64,000 nt of DNA from Nitrospirota bacterium. Lineage in GTDB: Bacteria > Nitrospirota > UBA9217. Shown here in pieces: positions 36,701 to 47,854 of this stretch. The stretch's first letter is position 1, and the number at the start of each line of letters is the position of its first letter. The notes below the pieces were generated by a model that saw only the letters and a program-made list of their open reading frames with translations, had not been told where the DNA came from and made no database searches. The stretch spans positions 992,001 to 1,056,000 of the forward strand of contig CAVUCU010000001.1 in the NCBI GenBank assembly GCA_963740085.1, read 5' to 3'. The position numbers were made by a program, and so were the translations under genes.

Positions 36701-37374
36701 CCGCTGACCAGCAGGGGAAAGCAGCTTCCGAGGATTTCTTTGATCTTGCCGCAGAACTCAAAGACGAGCTGAGCAGCATTCCAATCCCCGCGCGGCGTGC
36801 GGTGCCCGAAGAGGAGCAAACACTCGACGATATCTTTGAAGAATTCAAAAAGGGAGTTGAGCAGCAATCGACAACGGAGGACGCGGATACACACTATAAT
36901 CTCGGTGTGGCCTATAAAGAAATGGGCCTCCTGGATGATGCCATCGGGGAATTCATCATGACGCCCGAGGATGAGCCCAAGTTCGTCCAGAGTCGGTATA
37001 TGCTCGGCTTGTGTTATATGGAGAAGGGAGAGTATCAGAACGCCATTGGCGAGATCCGGAACGCTCTGGATTATGCGGAGGCACTGGGGCTCGAAACCGA
37101 GAACCGTATTGAGATGCACTACGATCTCGGCCTTGCGTGTCAGTGCGCAGGTAACATCGACAGCGCAACCGATGAGTTCCAAAAGGTCGTCGACGAGGAT
37201 CCCGGGTATAGGGATACTGCCGCGAAACTGAACGATATCCAGAAGGGAGACTTTATCTCGCTCGAGCAGCTCAAGGATGATATCGAGAAGGAAATATCCT
37301 CAAAGTTCCTCGAAGAAGGCGTGCGAATCGAACGTGAAGAAAAGACACGAAAAAACGAGCGCGTAGGGAAATAG
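33751..37374 (+). CDS. Large TPR protein with acidic Pro/Glu linker (SgmX/FimV-like polar scaffold)
   Basis: N-terminal TPR array, central low-complexity region, DFFDLAAEL, FEEFKKGV..DADTHYNLGVAYKEMGL C-terminal TPRs. Confidence 0.75.
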   Translation: MAIDKNKTIKEAQKHVAKGQFDKAIAEWKKLLKETPDDPNIYNTIGDLCLKKDSKADAVEAYHKAANLLAADGFTSKAIALFKKVLNIDAKKMDAHLALGDLNAEKGLTSNALESYKIVADHYTQQNQTAKALDIYQKMADLNPSNVVFQIKLGDMYAKESMKDKSAKAYLAAADVYLSKDAFKDARHLFEKILALEPGNKEVYHKAGIVYFKEGKFVEACKALKPAFENDPSNKELVEIYLEALDKAGKDVEAEQVIRKLLAENPNNAELRAKLYNLYLAKKDFEKAIVEAGTLADGKIESGNTEEAEEIYKAFVANSPYFPPIRQKLAEFYISVKRPLDAAAELMQASELFITEGDDQSARAVLSQAIEIAPDLSEARERLAQMQPAAATTPPSEPEFTAAEEPVPVSPSPAVAEPEPLPVLEAPPPAPTPPPDSPVADAPVLEKEDPAIAEAFTEADVLIKYGLADKAVEQLEVLSSNFPENPRIHIKLRELYREQGNIDKAVQHALVAVSLHSKYGREDQATTVLQETFEMAPDHAAVLSRLGRAPVAPEEPVREALEEVPQPEITPVDIETPPLSSVITPPSLEETLIETASLETPVPSGEIEFEGLESELPPLEEFSPAETVPVAELPAIEQQPVEEEPPFAEAPSVDEPTAIEQQPVEEEPPFAEAPSVDEPTAIEQQPVEEEPPFAEAPSVDEPTAIEQQPVEEEPPFAEAPSVDEPTAIEQQPVEEEPPFAEAPSVDEPTAIEQQPVEEEPPFAEAPSVDEPTAIEQQPVEEEPPLAEAPSVDEPTAEEQPFIEKEFADEQEQTVIAPVEEEAAHKPTDEVDIGEIWAEAEFYFQQGLFDEAKKHYTQIIALTPDNQRAGDRLAEISREENETREFAKLTDAVEGLEGYLPPEATEGELAASASDDEAVRALMLEIQQLKQQSAPPPPPPKEKKIAVPPQQIAADAALSNPVEPAKKSDEEDFFDLGAELQREAAADQQGKAASEDFFDLAAELKDELSSIPIPARRAVPEEEQTLDDIFEEFKKGVEQQSTTEDADTHYNLGVAYKEMGLLDDAIGEFIMTPEDEPKFVQSRYMLGLCYMEKGEYQNAIGEIRNALDYAEALGLETENRIEMHYDLGLACQCAGNIDSATDEFQKVVDEDPGYRDTAAKLNDIQKGDFISLEQLKDDIEKEISSKFLEEGVRIEREEKTRKNERVGK
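35651..36137 (+). repeat. 7 x 69-bp near-perfect tandem repeat (AIEQQPVEEEPPFAEAPSVDEPT)
   Basis: Units start at 35651, 35720, 35789, 35858, 35927, 35996, 36065. Only the last has substitutions. Confidence 0.95.
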
Positions 37375-37376
37375 AG

Positions 37377-37481
37377 TGCCTATATTTTAGGCTGCTGGTC
37401 GTTTTTTGTGCATGCCCGCCACTTTTTAAAAAACATAACAATTTGAAATATAATATGTTACGCTCTAGCATCAAAATTGCT
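37377..37481 (+). promoter_or_regulatory. Possible sigma54 promoter with NtrC-like sites for glnB-glnA
   Basis: TAGCAT-CAAAA-TTGCT (37466-37481; one mismatch in the -24 GG). 17-bp near-palindrome TGCCT-N7-AGGCT at 37377. Confidence 0.35.
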
Positions 37482-37491
37482 TATTAATTAG

Positions 37492-37847
<356 letters not shown>

Positions 37848-37848
<1 letters not shown>

Positions 37849-37928
37849 ACAGAATACAGAAGTCAGAAGACGGAAGTCAGCTCGATATGCAACGACTTCT
37901 GGATTCTGGCTCCTGACTACTGAATTCT
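37848..37928. repeat. Palindromic heptamer-repeat element
   Basis: ACAGAATACAGAAGTCAGAAGACGGAAGTCAG ... GACTTCTGGATTCTGGCTCCTGACTACTGAATTCT. Confidence 0.7.
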
Positions 37929-37952
37929 TGAGTTTAACTATAGGAGGAACCG

Positions 37953-39365
37953 ATGAAACCCAAGGACGTACTGCAGATGGCAAAAGAGAGCAAGGCAATG
38001 ATGGTTGATTTCAAGTTCATGGACTACCCCGGGCTGTGGCAGCATTTTTCCGTGCCCGTGGACGAACTGACCGAGGGCGTTTTTGAGGATGGGCTTGGCT
38101 TCGACGGATCCAGCATCCGCGGATGGCAGGCGATCCATACGAGCGACATGCTGGTTGTACCTGATCCGGCGACGGCGGTTATGGACCCGTTCACCAAATA
38201 CCCCACGCTTTCGCTCATCTGCAACATTGTCGACCCCATCACCAAGGAGCGCTATTCCCGCGACCCGCGCCACATCGCACAGAAAGCGGAGGCGTATCTC
38301 AAGTCATCCGGCATTGGCGATACGGCATTCTTCGGCCCGGAGGCTGAGTTCTTCATCTTCGATGATATACGCTTCGACCAGAACTCCCATGAGGGTTATT
38401 ACCACCTGGACAGCGTGGAAGGCATTTGGAACAGCGGCAAGGACGAAAAGCCGAACCTCGGTTATAAGCCGCGCCACAAGGAAGGCTACTTTCCCGTTCC
38501 GCCCGTCGACAGCCAGGAGGACATTCGCACCGAGATGGTAGCGGAGATGCAGAAGGTCGGCATCTACGTTGAACGGCAGCATCATGAGGTTGCCACCGCC
38601 GGTCAGGCGGAGATCGACATCCGCTTCAGCCCGCTCGTGAAGTGCGCGGACCAGCTTATGTACTTCAAGTACATCATCAAGAACGTGGCAAAACGGCACA
38701 ACAAGACCGTGACCTTCATGCCAAAACCGCTCTTCGGCGACAACGGCTCGGGCATGCACACGCACCAGTCTATCTGGAAGGGCGGCAAACCCCTGTTCTC
38801 CGGCAATGAGTATGCGGGACTTTCCAAGCTCGCGCTTCACTACATCGGGGGCATTTTGAAACACGCCAAGGTGCTCGCGGCATTCACGAACCCGACCACG
38901 AATTCGTACAAGCGACTGACCCCTGGCTTCGAGGCTCCGGTGAACCTTGCCTACTCGAGCAGAAACCGCTCGGCATCCATTCGCATCCCCATGTATAGCG
39001 CAAACCCAAAGGCTAAACGCGCCGAGGTACGGTTCCCTGACCCTTCCTGCAATCCGTATCTCGCATTCGCGGCCATGCTGATGGCCGGTCTCGACGGTAT
39101 TGAGAACAAGATCGATCCAGGCCAGCCCCTCGATAAGGACATCTACGATATGGCGCCGGAAGAACTGGCGAGCGTGCCGACAATGCCTGCATCACTCGAA
39201 GAGGCACTGGACAACCTTGAGGCGGACCACAACTTCCTCCTGAAGGGTGATGTATTCACCAAGGACGCGATCGAGATGTGGATCAACTACAAACGGACCA
39301 AGGAAGTGGACGCCCTCCGTTTGCGGCCCCATCCGTATGAGTTTTTCCTGTATTACGATATCTAA
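37953..39365 (+). CDS. glnA: Glutamine synthetase type I
   Basis: FDGSSI, GPEAEF, HHEVA, FMPKP..DNGSGMH, NSYKRL, RNRSA, adenylylation site DKDIYD. Confidence 0.97.
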   Translation: MKPKDVLQMAKESKAMMVDFKFMDYPGLWQHFSVPVDELTEGVFEDGLGFDGSSIRGWQAIHTSDMLVVPDPATAVMDPFTKYPTLSLICNIVDPITKERYSRDPRHIAQKAEAYLKSSGIGDTAFFGPEAEFFIFDDIRFDQNSHEGYYHLDSVEGIWNSGKDEKPNLGYKPRHKEGYFPVPPVDSQEDIRTEMVAEMQKVGIYVERQHHEVATAGQAEIDIRFSPLVKCADQLMYFKYIIKNVAKRHNKTVTFMPKPLFGDNGSGMHTHQSIWKGGKPLFSGNEYAGLSKLALHYIGGILKHAKVLAAFTNPTTNSYKRLTPGFEAPVNLAYSSRNRSASIRIPMYSANPKAKRAEVRFPDPSCNPYLAFAAMLMAGLDGIENKIDPGQPLDKDIYDMAPEELASVPTMPASLEEALDNLEADHNFLLKGDVFTKDAIEMWINYKRTKEVDALRLRPHPYEFFLYYDI

Positions 39366-39394
39366 ACACTTACTCCCCGACCAGGTGAGCGCAC

Positions 39395-39432
39395 AACCGG
39401 GACCCGATCATGCATGGGTCCCGGTTTTTTTT
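39395..39432 (+). terminator. glnA terminator
   Basis: AACCGGGACCC-GATCATGCAT-GGGTCCCGGTT-TTTTT. Confidence 0.85.
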
Positions 39433-39531
39433 AGCATCCAGAAGCCGCCCGTGGATTTCCCTTAAGGTAATTCAAAACCATTCGAGACCCCCTTTGTCAG
39501 ATCATCCGCGTAAATCTCCGTCAAACAACGT

Positions 39532-39600
39532 CTTTATGAAATTTTAATGCTTTTTGCCGCACTTTTAGCGGTAATTTAACGCGCCTTGTGCTTATATTAT
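39532..39600 (+). promoter_or_regulatory. Probable KdpE-binding region and -10 of kdp operon
   Basis: T-rich direct repeats at ~11-bp phase (TTTATG, TTAATG, TTGCCG, TTAGCG, TTAACG), followed by TATATT. Confidence 0.45.
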
Positions 39601-39622
39601 TGCATGCAAAGGAGGAAAGCTC

Positions 39623-39703
39623 ATGGACGTCCTTTTTATCGGCATCACGATCGCGCTTTTTGTTGCAAGCTGGTTTTTTATGAAACTCTTTGAACGGGTC
39701 TAG
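39623..39703 (+). CDS. 26-aa membrane peptide upstream of kdpF
   Basis: AAGGAGG RBS. MDVLFIGITIALFVASWFFMKLFERV. Confidence 0.7.
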   Translation: MDVLFIGITIALFVASWFFMKLFERV

Positions 39704-39717
39704 GAAGGAAGAAGGGA

Positions 39718-39810
39718 ATGGAATTATTCTACTGGATTGGCGGCATTCTCGCTGCGGCGTTGTTGATCTATCTCCTGATAGCACTTCTTAAACCAGAGGC
39801 ACTCTCATGA
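39718..39810 (+). CDS. kdpF: K+-transporting ATPase subunit F
   Basis: MELFYWIGGILAAALLIYLLIALLKPEALS. YL..ALL.PE signature. ATGA overlap with kdpA. Confidence 0.88.
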   Translation: MELFYWIGGILAAALLIYLLIALLKPEALS

Positions 39811-41609
39811 CGGGCAACGATATTCTGCAAATAGTTATATTCTTTGGTGTCTTGCTGCTTCTCGCAAAACCGCTTGGAGTCTATATGGCGCGGGTTTACG
39901 AAGGACAACCTTCGGGACTGGACCGCGTGCTGGGACCTGTTGAACGGTTTTTCTACCGGATTTGCGGCATCAAGCCCGACGAGGAAATGAGATGGAAGAA
40001 GTACGCCGGCTCGATGCTTCTCTTCAGTGCAACGGGCTTCTTCTTCCTTTATCTTCTGCAACGCTTTCAGGGTATCTTGCCGCTCAATCCACAGAAGTTC
40101 GCCGGGGTCTCGCCAGATCTGTCGTTCAACACCGCCGTGAGCTTCATGACCAACACGAACTGGCAGAGCTACGGCGGCGAAACAACGATGAGCTACTTCA
40201 CCCAGATGATCGGGCTTGGAGTGCAGAATTTCGTGTCTGCCGCGGCAGGTATGGCCGTGCTTGTCGCCCTGATACGCGGGTTCAAGAGACACTCTGTTGA
40301 CACGATTGGTAATTTTTGGTTCGACCTTGCCCGCTCCACACTTTACATCCTGATGCCGCTCGCGCTGGTTTATTCTATCCTTCTCGCTTCTCAAGGGGTA
40401 GTACAGACCTTCAGCGAATATAAGGCGGTGCAGCTCAGCCAAACCATCACCTACGATAACCCAAAGCTCGATGCCCAGGGCAACCCGATCAAAGATGAAA
40501 AGGGCAACCTGGTGACCGAGAAAGCGGAGATGAAAGAGCAGGTCATACCGCTCGGACCGGCTGCTTCGCAGATCGCGATCAAACAACTCGGCACGAACGG
40601 CGGTGGATTCTTTAATGCAAATTCGGCCCATCCCTTTGAGAACCCGACTGCTTTTTCCAACTTTCTGGAAATGCTGGCGATCCTCCTGATACCCGCAGCG
40701 CTCTGCATCACCTTCGGCAAGATGGTGGGAGACATGCGCCAGGGATGGGCATTGCTCTCGGCGATGGTGATCGTTCTCCTTACGCTGATGGCTTTATGTA
40801 CCTGGAGCGAGCAGGGCGGCAATCCTCGCTTTGCATCCATCGGCGTCGATCAGTCAGCGAGCGATTTGCAGCCCGGCGGCAATATGGAGGGAAAAGAAGC
40901 GCGTTTCGGGATCGTAAATTCCGCGATCTGGGCCACGACAACAACTGCGGCCTCGAACGGATCGGTCAATTCCATGCACGACTCTTTCACTCCCATGGGC
41001 GGCCTGTACCCGCTGGTACTGATCCAGTTGGGAGAGGTGATCTTCGGAGGCGTGGGCTCCGGTCTTTACGGCATGCTGATCATGGCAATTATCACGGTCT
41101 TCATAGCCGGCCTCATGGTCGGCCGCACGCCGGAGTATCTGGGAAAAAAGATCGAGATGTTCGAGATGAAGATGGCTTCGGTCGCCGTGCTCGTTGTCAA
41201 TGCCCTGGTCAAGATCGGCACGGCTGTCGGCGTTTCAACTGCAGCGGGAGTAGCGGGAGCAGCGAACCCCGGTCCGCATGGATTTTCCGAGATCCTCTAT
41301 GCCTTTTCATCCGCGGCGAACAACAACGGAAGCGCCTTTGCCGGCATCTCCGCCAACACGGTTTTCTATAATACGGCCCTTGGGATAACCATGTTTATAG
41401 GCCGGTTCTGGGTGATAATCCCGGTGCTTGCCATTGCCGGTTCTCTCGCGAAGAAGAAGCAGGTTCCTGCCGGCCTGGGAACACTGCCGACCCATACCCC
41501 ATTGTTCGTGGTGCTCTTGATCGGAGTCATCGTGATCGTAGGCGCGTTGACGTTCATGCCGGCGTGGGCTCTCGGGCCGATTGCCGAACAATTGATGGCG
41601 GGGAGATAA
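39807..41609 (+). CDS. kdpA: K+-transporting ATPase subunit A
   Basis: TNTNWQSY, KQLGTNGGG, SNGSVN, GGVGSG, NNNGSAF. Confidence 0.97.
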   Translation: MTGNDILQIVIFFGVLLLLAKPLGVYMARVYEGQPSGLDRVLGPVERFFYRICGIKPDEEMRWKKYAGSMLLFSATGFFFLYLLQRFQGILPLNPQKFAGVSPDLSFNTAVSFMTNTNWQSYGGETTMSYFTQMIGLGVQNFVSAAAGMAVLVALIRGFKRHSVDTIGNFWFDLARSTLYILMPLALVYSILLASQGVVQTFSEYKAVQLSQTITYDNPKLDAQGNPIKDEKGNLVTEKAEMKEQVIPLGPAASQIAIKQLGTNGGGFFNANSAHPFENPTAFSNFLEMLAILLIPAALCITFGKMVGDMRQGWALLSAMVIVLLTLMALCTWSEQGGNPRFASIGVDQSASDLQPGGNMEGKEARFGIVNSAIWATTTTAASNGSVNSMHDSFTPMGGLYPLVLIQLGEVIFGGVGSGLYGMLIMAIITVFIAGLMVGRTPEYLGKKIEMFEMKMASVAVLVVNALVKIGTAVGVSTAAGVAGAANPGPHGFSEILYAFSSAANNNGSAFAGISANTVFYNTALGITMFIGRFWVIIPVLAIAGSLAKKKQVPAGLGTLPTHTPLFVVLLIGVIVIVGALTFMPAWALGPIAEQLMAGR

Positions 41610-41704
41610 GGTAAGCACCAAATGACAAGCATCAAATTTGAAAAATTGCAAACGTTTCGGTCATTGCCGTTTTGAATTTGAAATTTAGACTTTTGTTGGA
41701 GAAA

Positions 41705-43783
41705 ATGATGAGCAGTAAACCGAAAAAGCTGTCGCTCTTTGAACCCGTGATCGTAAAAAAGGCGTTATGGGATTCGTTCCGAAAATTGAATCCAATACAC
41801 CAGATCAAGAACCCTGTCATGTTTGTCGTGGAAGTGGGCAGTATCTTGACGACGCTTCTGTTTTTCCACGCACTCCTGACGGGAAAAGGAGAGGCGTCCC
41901 CTTCCTTCATTCTGCAGATCTCCCTCTGGCTCTGGATAACAGTGCTCTTCTCCAATTTTGCGGAATCCATGGCAGAGGGCCGCGGCAAGGCCCAGGCTGA
42001 ATCCCTTCGCCAGACACGACGCGAGGTCATGGCCAAGAAACTTGCGACGCCGTCGCCTGATGCGGACGTCACGAAGATCTCCTCGTCACAGCTCAAAAAA
42101 GGCGATGTCGTGCTCGTGGAGGCTGGCGACATCATCCCCATGGATGGAGAAATCATCGAGGGTGTGGCCTCGGTCAATGAAAGCGCCGTGACCGGCGAAA
42201 GCGCGCCGGTTATCCGCGAAAGCGGCGGGGACCGAAGCGCGGTCACCGGAGGGACCACCGTCCTGTCCGACTGGCTCGTGGTGCGCATCACCTCAAGCCC
42301 CGGTGAGACCTTCCTGGACCGGATGATCAATATGGTTGAAGGGGCGAAACGGCAAAAGACGCCGAACGAGATCGCACTCGATATCCTGCTCGCGGGCATG
42401 ACGATAATCTTTTTGCTTGTGTGCGTGATGCTCCTTCCCTATTCCCTCTTCAGCGTCAAGGCTGCGGGCCAGGGCACGCCGGTAACCATCACGGTGCTCG
42501 TAGCGCTGCTCGTATGTCTTATCCCGACCACGATCGGCGGCCTCCTCTCGGCCATTGGAATTGCCGGCATGGACCGGATGATCCAGGCAAATGTGATCGC
42601 AATGTCGGGGAGGGCCGTGGAAGCAGCCGGAGATGTTGATGTGCTGCTTTTGGATAAGACCGGGACGATCACGCTCGGCAACAGGCAGGCAACGGAATTC
42701 ATCCCTGCCCCGGGGGTGCACGTGGGCGCTCTGGCAGACGCGGCACAGCTTGCCTCGCTGGCCGACGAAACGCCCGAGGGGCGAAGCATTGTGGTGCTTG
42801 CAAAAGAAAAGTACAGTCTCCGCGCCAGGGACATGCAAAGCATCAAGGCGGAGTTTGTCCCCTTCTCCGCCCAGACGAGGATGAGCGGTGTGAACCTCGA
42901 CAACCGGGAGATCAGGAAGGGCGCATCCGACTCGGTTGAAAAGTATATACACCATCAAGGCGGGACGTTCCCTCCTGAGGTTCGCTCGATCGTGGACGAC
43001 GTTGCCAAACAGGGCGCAACACCGCTCGTGGTTGTCGAAGGGAGCAAGGTGCTTGGCGTCATTCGCCTAAACGACATCGTGAAGGGCGGGATCAAGGAAC
43101 GATTCGCAGAGATGCGCAGGATGGGCATCAAGACGATCATGATCACCGGTGACAATCCCCTGACCGCCGCCGCGGTCGCAGCAGAGGCAGGGGTCGATGA
43201 TTTTCTCGCTGAGGCGACACCCGAGGCAAAATTGAAACTCATCCGCGAGTACCAGAAAGGCGGAAGGCTCGTTGCCATGACCGGCGATGGGACGAACGAC
43301 GCGCCCGCGCTCGCCCAGGCCGACGTGGCCGTGGCCATGCATACCGGGACCCAGGCCGCCAAGGAGGCGGGTAATCTCGTTGATCTCGATTCGAACCCGA
43401 CCAAGCTCATCCAGATCGTCGAGATCGGCAAACAGCTGCTCATGACCCGCGGCACGCTCACGACCTTCAGCATTGCCAACGACGTGGCGAAGTATTTCGC
43501 TATCCTACCTGCTGCGTTCATTTCGATCTATCCGACGCTCGGGGCACTGAATATCATGGGCCTTGCAACGCCACAGAGCGCCGTCTTGTCTGCCGTCATC
43601 TTTAACGCGCTGGTTATTGTTTTCCTGGTCCCCCTGGCACTTCGCGGCGTCAAATACCGCCCCCTTGGCGCGTCAGTGGTGCTGCGGAATAACGCCCTAA
43701 TCTATGGTGTAGGCGGGCTTATCGTGCCGTTCATCGGAATCAAGCTGATTGATATGCTGATAACGGCGATTCATATTGTTTGA
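41705..43783 (+). CDS. kdpB: K+-transporting ATPase subunit B (P-type)
   Basis: TGES, CLIPTT, DKTGT, TGDN, GDGTND. Confidence 0.97.
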   Translation: MMSSKPKKLSLFEPVIVKKALWDSFRKLNPIHQIKNPVMFVVEVGSILTTLLFFHALLTGKGEASPSFILQISLWLWITVLFSNFAESMAEGRGKAQAESLRQTRREVMAKKLATPSPDADVTKISSSQLKKGDVVLVEAGDIIPMDGEIIEGVASVNESAVTGESAPVIRESGGDRSAVTGGTTVLSDWLVVRITSSPGETFLDRMINMVEGAKRQKTPNEIALDILLAGMTIIFLLVCVMLLPYSLFSVKAAGQGTPVTITVLVALLVCLIPTTIGGLLSAIGIAGMDRMIQANVIAMSGRAVEAAGDVDVLLLDKTGTITLGNRQATEFIPAPGVHVGALADAAQLASLADETPEGRSIVVLAKEKYSLRARDMQSIKAEFVPFSAQTRMSGVNLDNREIRKGASDSVEKYIHHQGGTFPPEVRSIVDDVAKQGATPLVVVEGSKVLGVIRLNDIVKGGIKERFAEMRRMGIKTIMITGDNPLTAAAVAAEAGVDDFLAEATPEAKLKLIREYQKGGRLVAMTGDGTNDAPALAQADVAVAMHTGTQAAKEAGNLVDLDSNPTKLIQIVEIGKQLLMTRGTLTTFSIANDVAKYFAILPAAFISIYPTLGALNIMGLATPQSAVLSAVIFNALVIVFLVPLALRGVKYRPLGASVVLRNNALIYGVGGLIVPFIGIKLIDMLITAIHIV

Positions 43784-43793
43784 TGGGTCCATG

Positions 43794-43877
43794 CCCCTCA
43801 CCTCAGTCCTCTCCCCGACGGGGAGAGGAAGTAAATAAATCTCCTCGCCCCTCAGGAGAGAGGGCCAGGGTGAGGGG
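43794..43877. repeat. CCCTCACC..GGTGAGGG nested palindrome (REP-like)
   Basis: CCCCTCACCTCAGTCCTCTCCCC-GAC-GGGGAGAGG ... GGAGAGAGGGCCAGGGTGAGGGG. Confidence 0.75.
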
Positions 43878-43903
43878 TGGTGTCGTACTGAAAGGAGAAA
43901 CAC

Positions 43904-44494
43904 ATGTTCACCATGATTCGCAATTCGCTCATGTCTCTTTTGATATTCACGATCCTCACGGGGATCATCTACCCCCTGGTGGTGACCGGGATCGCCCAAG
44001 TGATATTCCCGCGACAGGCAAACGGCGGCATCATCTCGAAGAACGGCAAAGCCGTCGGGTCCGAGCTGATCGGCCAGCAGTTCGATGGCCCGAAGTACTT
44101 CTGGGGCAGGCTTTCCGCAACAACGCCCTATCCTTACAACGGTGGGTCGTCGTCCGGCTCGAATCTCGGCCCCAACAACCCTGACCTCATGAAGGCTGTG
44201 CAGGCTCGTATAGATGCACTGCGGGGTGCCGATCCCGGCAATGGAGCAAAAATACCCGTCGATCTGGTCACTGCCTCCGGCAGCGGGCTCGATCCGCATA
44301 TCAGCCCGGCTGCCGCCGAATATCAAATACACCGAGTAGCAAAGGCCCGGGGACTTGATGATGCCAAAGTCCGAGACATCATTAAGAATAATACCAAAGG
44401 ACTCTTGCTCGGCGTGATCGGCGAGTCCACGGTCAATGTCCTTATGCTGAATATGGCACTCGATGAACAGACAGTAACAGGAGGGGGGAAATGA
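43904..44494 (+). CDS. kdpC: K+-transporting ATPase subunit C
   Basis: GSELIGQ, YFWGR.SA, SGSNLGP, DLVTASGSGLDPHIS. Confidence 0.95.
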   Translation: MFTMIRNSLMSLLIFTILTGIIYPLVVTGIAQVIFPRQANGGIISKNGKAVGSELIGQQFDGPKYFWGRLSATTPYPYNGGSSSGSNLGPNNPDLMKAVQARIDALRGADPGNGAKIPVDLVTASGSGLDPHISPAAAEYQIHRVAKARGLDDAKVRDIIKNNTKGLLLGVIGESTVNVLMLNMALDEQTVTGGGK

Positions 44495-44883
44495 AAAAGA
44501 TCGTATGGGTTTTTAGTTTCATGGTTTTGTCGTCAATCATGGGTCTTCCTTTGCACGTTCACGCCGTCTCGTATTCCGTTGTCGAGAAGCAGCGTGACGA
44601 GAAGATCTCCAAGGGGATCATGAAGGTCGGCGATTCGGTATGCCTGTTCCAAAGCGGGACCCCGGATGTAAAAAAAGCGATCGCGATCGGTGACATTCTC
44701 GTCGTCTATCGGGAAGTATCGAAGCACGAACTTAAGAAAGTCGGAAGAATTAAAGTGCTCTCGTTCTCGGGGGAAGATTATTTGAAAGGCGAGGTTTTCG
44801 AAGGCGAAATTAAAGCCGGCGATATCGCAAAAAAGGGGGATGTTGCAAGCCTTATCATATCGGCAGGAGACAAATGCAGGTAG
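44491..44883 (+). CDS. Secreted beta-rich hypothetical protein between kdpC and kdpD
   Basis: ATGA overlap with kdpC, signal peptide, GDILVVYRE..VGRIKV..GEIKAGD. Confidence 0.7.
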   Translation: MKKIVWVFSFMVLSSIMGLPLHVHAVSYSVVEKQRDEKISKGIMKVGDSVCLFQSGTPDVKKAIAIGDILVVYREVSKHELKKVGRIKVLSFSGEDYLKGEVFEGEIKAGDIAKKGDVASLIISAGDKCR

Positions 44884-45060
44884 TTCGGTTCAATCTCTCC
44901 AATGCGTGGCCGCCCAATAGACATCCCATTCTTAACAGATCGCTCTGCATACTTGATGGCGCTGGTAACCGTGTCGCGGCACGGGGTCATTGGAGAAAAA
45001 CATTTACACGCACTTTCAAACATGCGACAATACCTGCTGCAATCATCCCAGGGAGCATTC

Positions 45061-47743
45061 ATGGAACAACAAAGACCTGATCCCGACCAGCTTCTCCAAC
45101 GGGCCCGCGAAACAGAAGAGCGAAAACGCGAGGGACAGCTGAAGATCTTCTTCGGTGCGGCGCCCGGCGTGGGTAAGACCTATGGCATGCTCGAGGCCGC
45201 TCGCCAGAAGAAACGGGAAGGCGTTGAAATCGTAGTCGGCCTTGTCGAGACCCACGGTCGGAAAGAAACCGAGGCGCTCCTCGAAGGATTGGAAGTCCTC
45301 CCCCGCCGAAACGTCGAATATCGCGGCGCTGTCCTGAAAGAATTCGATCTTGATACAGCCCTGCGCCGTAAACCGGCAATCGTCCTTGTTGACGAGCTCG
45401 CCCATACCAATGCCCCGGGCTCCCGCCACAAAAAACGCTGGCAGGACATCTACGAACTGCTCGGCGCGGGTATTTCCGTCTATACCACCGTCAATGTTCA
45501 GCACCTTGAAAGCCTGAACGATGTTGTCTCCCAGATCACGGGCGTCAATGTACGGGAGACCGTACCCGATTTTCTGCTCGACCGGGCGGATGAGATCGAG
45601 TTGATCGACCTGCCTCCCGACGATCTTCTCCAACGCATGAAGGAAGGTAAAGTATACATGCCGGAGCAGGCGGCCGCGGCCATCGAGAATTTCTTTCGCA
45701 AGGGCAACCTGATCGCGCTCCGCGAACTAGCGCTCCGGCGCACCGCCGACCGCGTGGACGAGCAGATGCAGGTCTACCGACAGGACAAAGGGATCAAAGA
45801 TATCTGGCCCGCCGGGGAACGGATCCTGGTCTGCGTAGGCCATAATCCCCGCTCGATCCGCCTGATCCATGCGGCGCGCAGGCTGGCAGCCGGTCTGCGG
45901 GCAGAGTGGATCGCCGTGCACGTGGAAGCACCGTCACGGGTCCGGACCTCGGAAAGTGACATAAAACAGCTGGGCGACCACATGCGGCTCGCGGAAAGTC
46001 TCGGCGCGGAAACCGCGGTATTGAGCGGCCAGCGGATGAGCGAAGAAGTCATAACCTACGCGCGCAGCAGGAACGTGAGCCGTATTATCATCGGCAAACC
46101 GACCCATGCCCGCTGGAAGGACAAATTATTCGGTTCCCCCCTGGACGAGATCGTGCGCGGCAGCGGCGATATCGATGTCTACGTCATATCGGGTGATGTT
46201 GCCGAATCCCATTTCCATCTTGCCGCACCATCGCTTCCCCGTTCATGGCGCAAGCGGGAGTTCGCATGGAGCATCCTTACCGTGGCCGGCTGCACCGGCA
46301 TTGCCCGGATCATGTTCCCCTATTTCGAACGGCTGGATGTGGCCATGATCTATCTGCTCGGGGTCGTGCTCATATCGAGCAGGACCAGCAAGTGGCCGGC
46401 CCTGTTCACCACGGTCATGAGCGTGGCGGCCTTTGATTTTTTCTTTATTCCCCCTTTTTATACTTTCGCGGTCAGCGACGTTCGCTACTTCATCACGTTC
46501 ATCGTAATGTTTCTGGTCTCCTTTGTCATCAGCAGGCTCACGCTCCGGGTGCGGCAGCAGGCTGAAGCGGCAAGGCTGCGCGAGCGCAGGACGGCGGCCC
46601 TGTACAGCATGAGCCGCGAGCTCGTCCGCGAGCGCGGCACCAAACGACTCAGCGAGATCGCGATACGGCATATGAGCGAGGTGTTCGACAGCGGGGTCGC
46701 GATCCTGATCCCGGAGGAAGACGGCCGTCTGGTGCAGACGGGGACCGGCGATGCGGTCTTCACGCCTGATCAGCAGGAACTGAGCGTTGCCCAGTGGGTT
46801 CTCGAGCACCGGCAGGCGGCAGGCTTAAGCACGGACACGCTGCCCGGGGCAAAGGCATTATATCTTCCGCTCATTGGTTCATCGGGAGCCATCGGTGTCG
46901 CCGGTATTCTGCCGAAGAACGCGGGAGACGGTTTTGAACCTGAACAGTTCCATTATCTTGAGGCCTTCGCGAACCAGACGGCCATCGCGATCGAGCGGTC
47001 CTTCCTGGGCGAGGCGGCCCAGCGCGCCATGTTGAAAGCCGAGACGGAAAGCCTCAGGAACACGCTCCTCAGTTCCATCTCACACGATCTGCGTACGCCG
47101 CTGTCGGCGATCACGGGTGCGGTGACGACACTCCTGGAGAATGACACGGCCATCGACATGGTCGGCCGCCTCGATCTTCTCCAAACGGTCCGTGAAGAGG
47201 CCGATCATCTGAACAGGATCATAAAAAACGTACTCGACATGACGAGGCTCGAATCAGGTGCGATCACCCTCAACAAAGAATGGCAGCCCCTGGAGGAGGT
47301 CGTAGGCGCCGTGATCAACCGCCTGGGCGACCGCCTCAATGGTCACCCCCTGACCGTTAAGCTGCCGGGGAACCTCCCGCTCGTCCCCTTCGACAGCCTT
47401 CTCATGGAACAGGTATTGGTGAATCTTTTCGACAACGCCATCAAGTACACCCCGGACGGGTACGCCTCTTGAGCTCTCGGCTTCGGAATCGTTTTACACC
47501 GTTACCGTCGAGCTGGCAGATCGCGGTCCCGGCATACCTCCGGGAGAGGAGGAGCGCATCTTCGAAAAGTTCGTACGCGTCGGCGCCACGGGAGGCGGCG
47601 TTGGACTCGGCCTCGCGATCTGCCGCACCATTATCGAAGCCCATGGCGGTAAAATATGGGTGGAGAATCGCGAGGGCGGCGGCGCGGTCTTCCGATTCAC
47701 CCTCTCCACAGCGGGACTCCCTCCGGCGACGAAGAAGGAATAA
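45061..47743 (+). CDS. kdpD: Sensor histidine kinase KdpD, +1 frameshift at 47458-47460
   Basis: GAAPGVGKTY, VDELAH, Usp domain, 4 TMs, GAF, SHDLRTPL. HATPase end (DRGPGI, GVGLGLAIC) lies in the shifted frame. Confidence 0.92.
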
Positions 47744-47854
47744 GAACAAGAGTGAATGAGTATATGCGAAAAGGCCCTGATACATTTATGCGACTTGGCT
47801 TATCTGCATATTCGCTTCCCCTCCTCTGCGCATGTTGGCCACTGAGATCTAAAC

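Noticed and set aside
35364-37182. Long alternative-frame and antisense ORFs (557, 286, 209 aa)
   Set aside because: Shadows of the TPR gene and its stop-free repeat
47455-47472. Programmed frameshift or naturally split kdpD
   Set aside because: No slippery site, break falls inside the HATPase domain, and similar +1 indels cluster nearby
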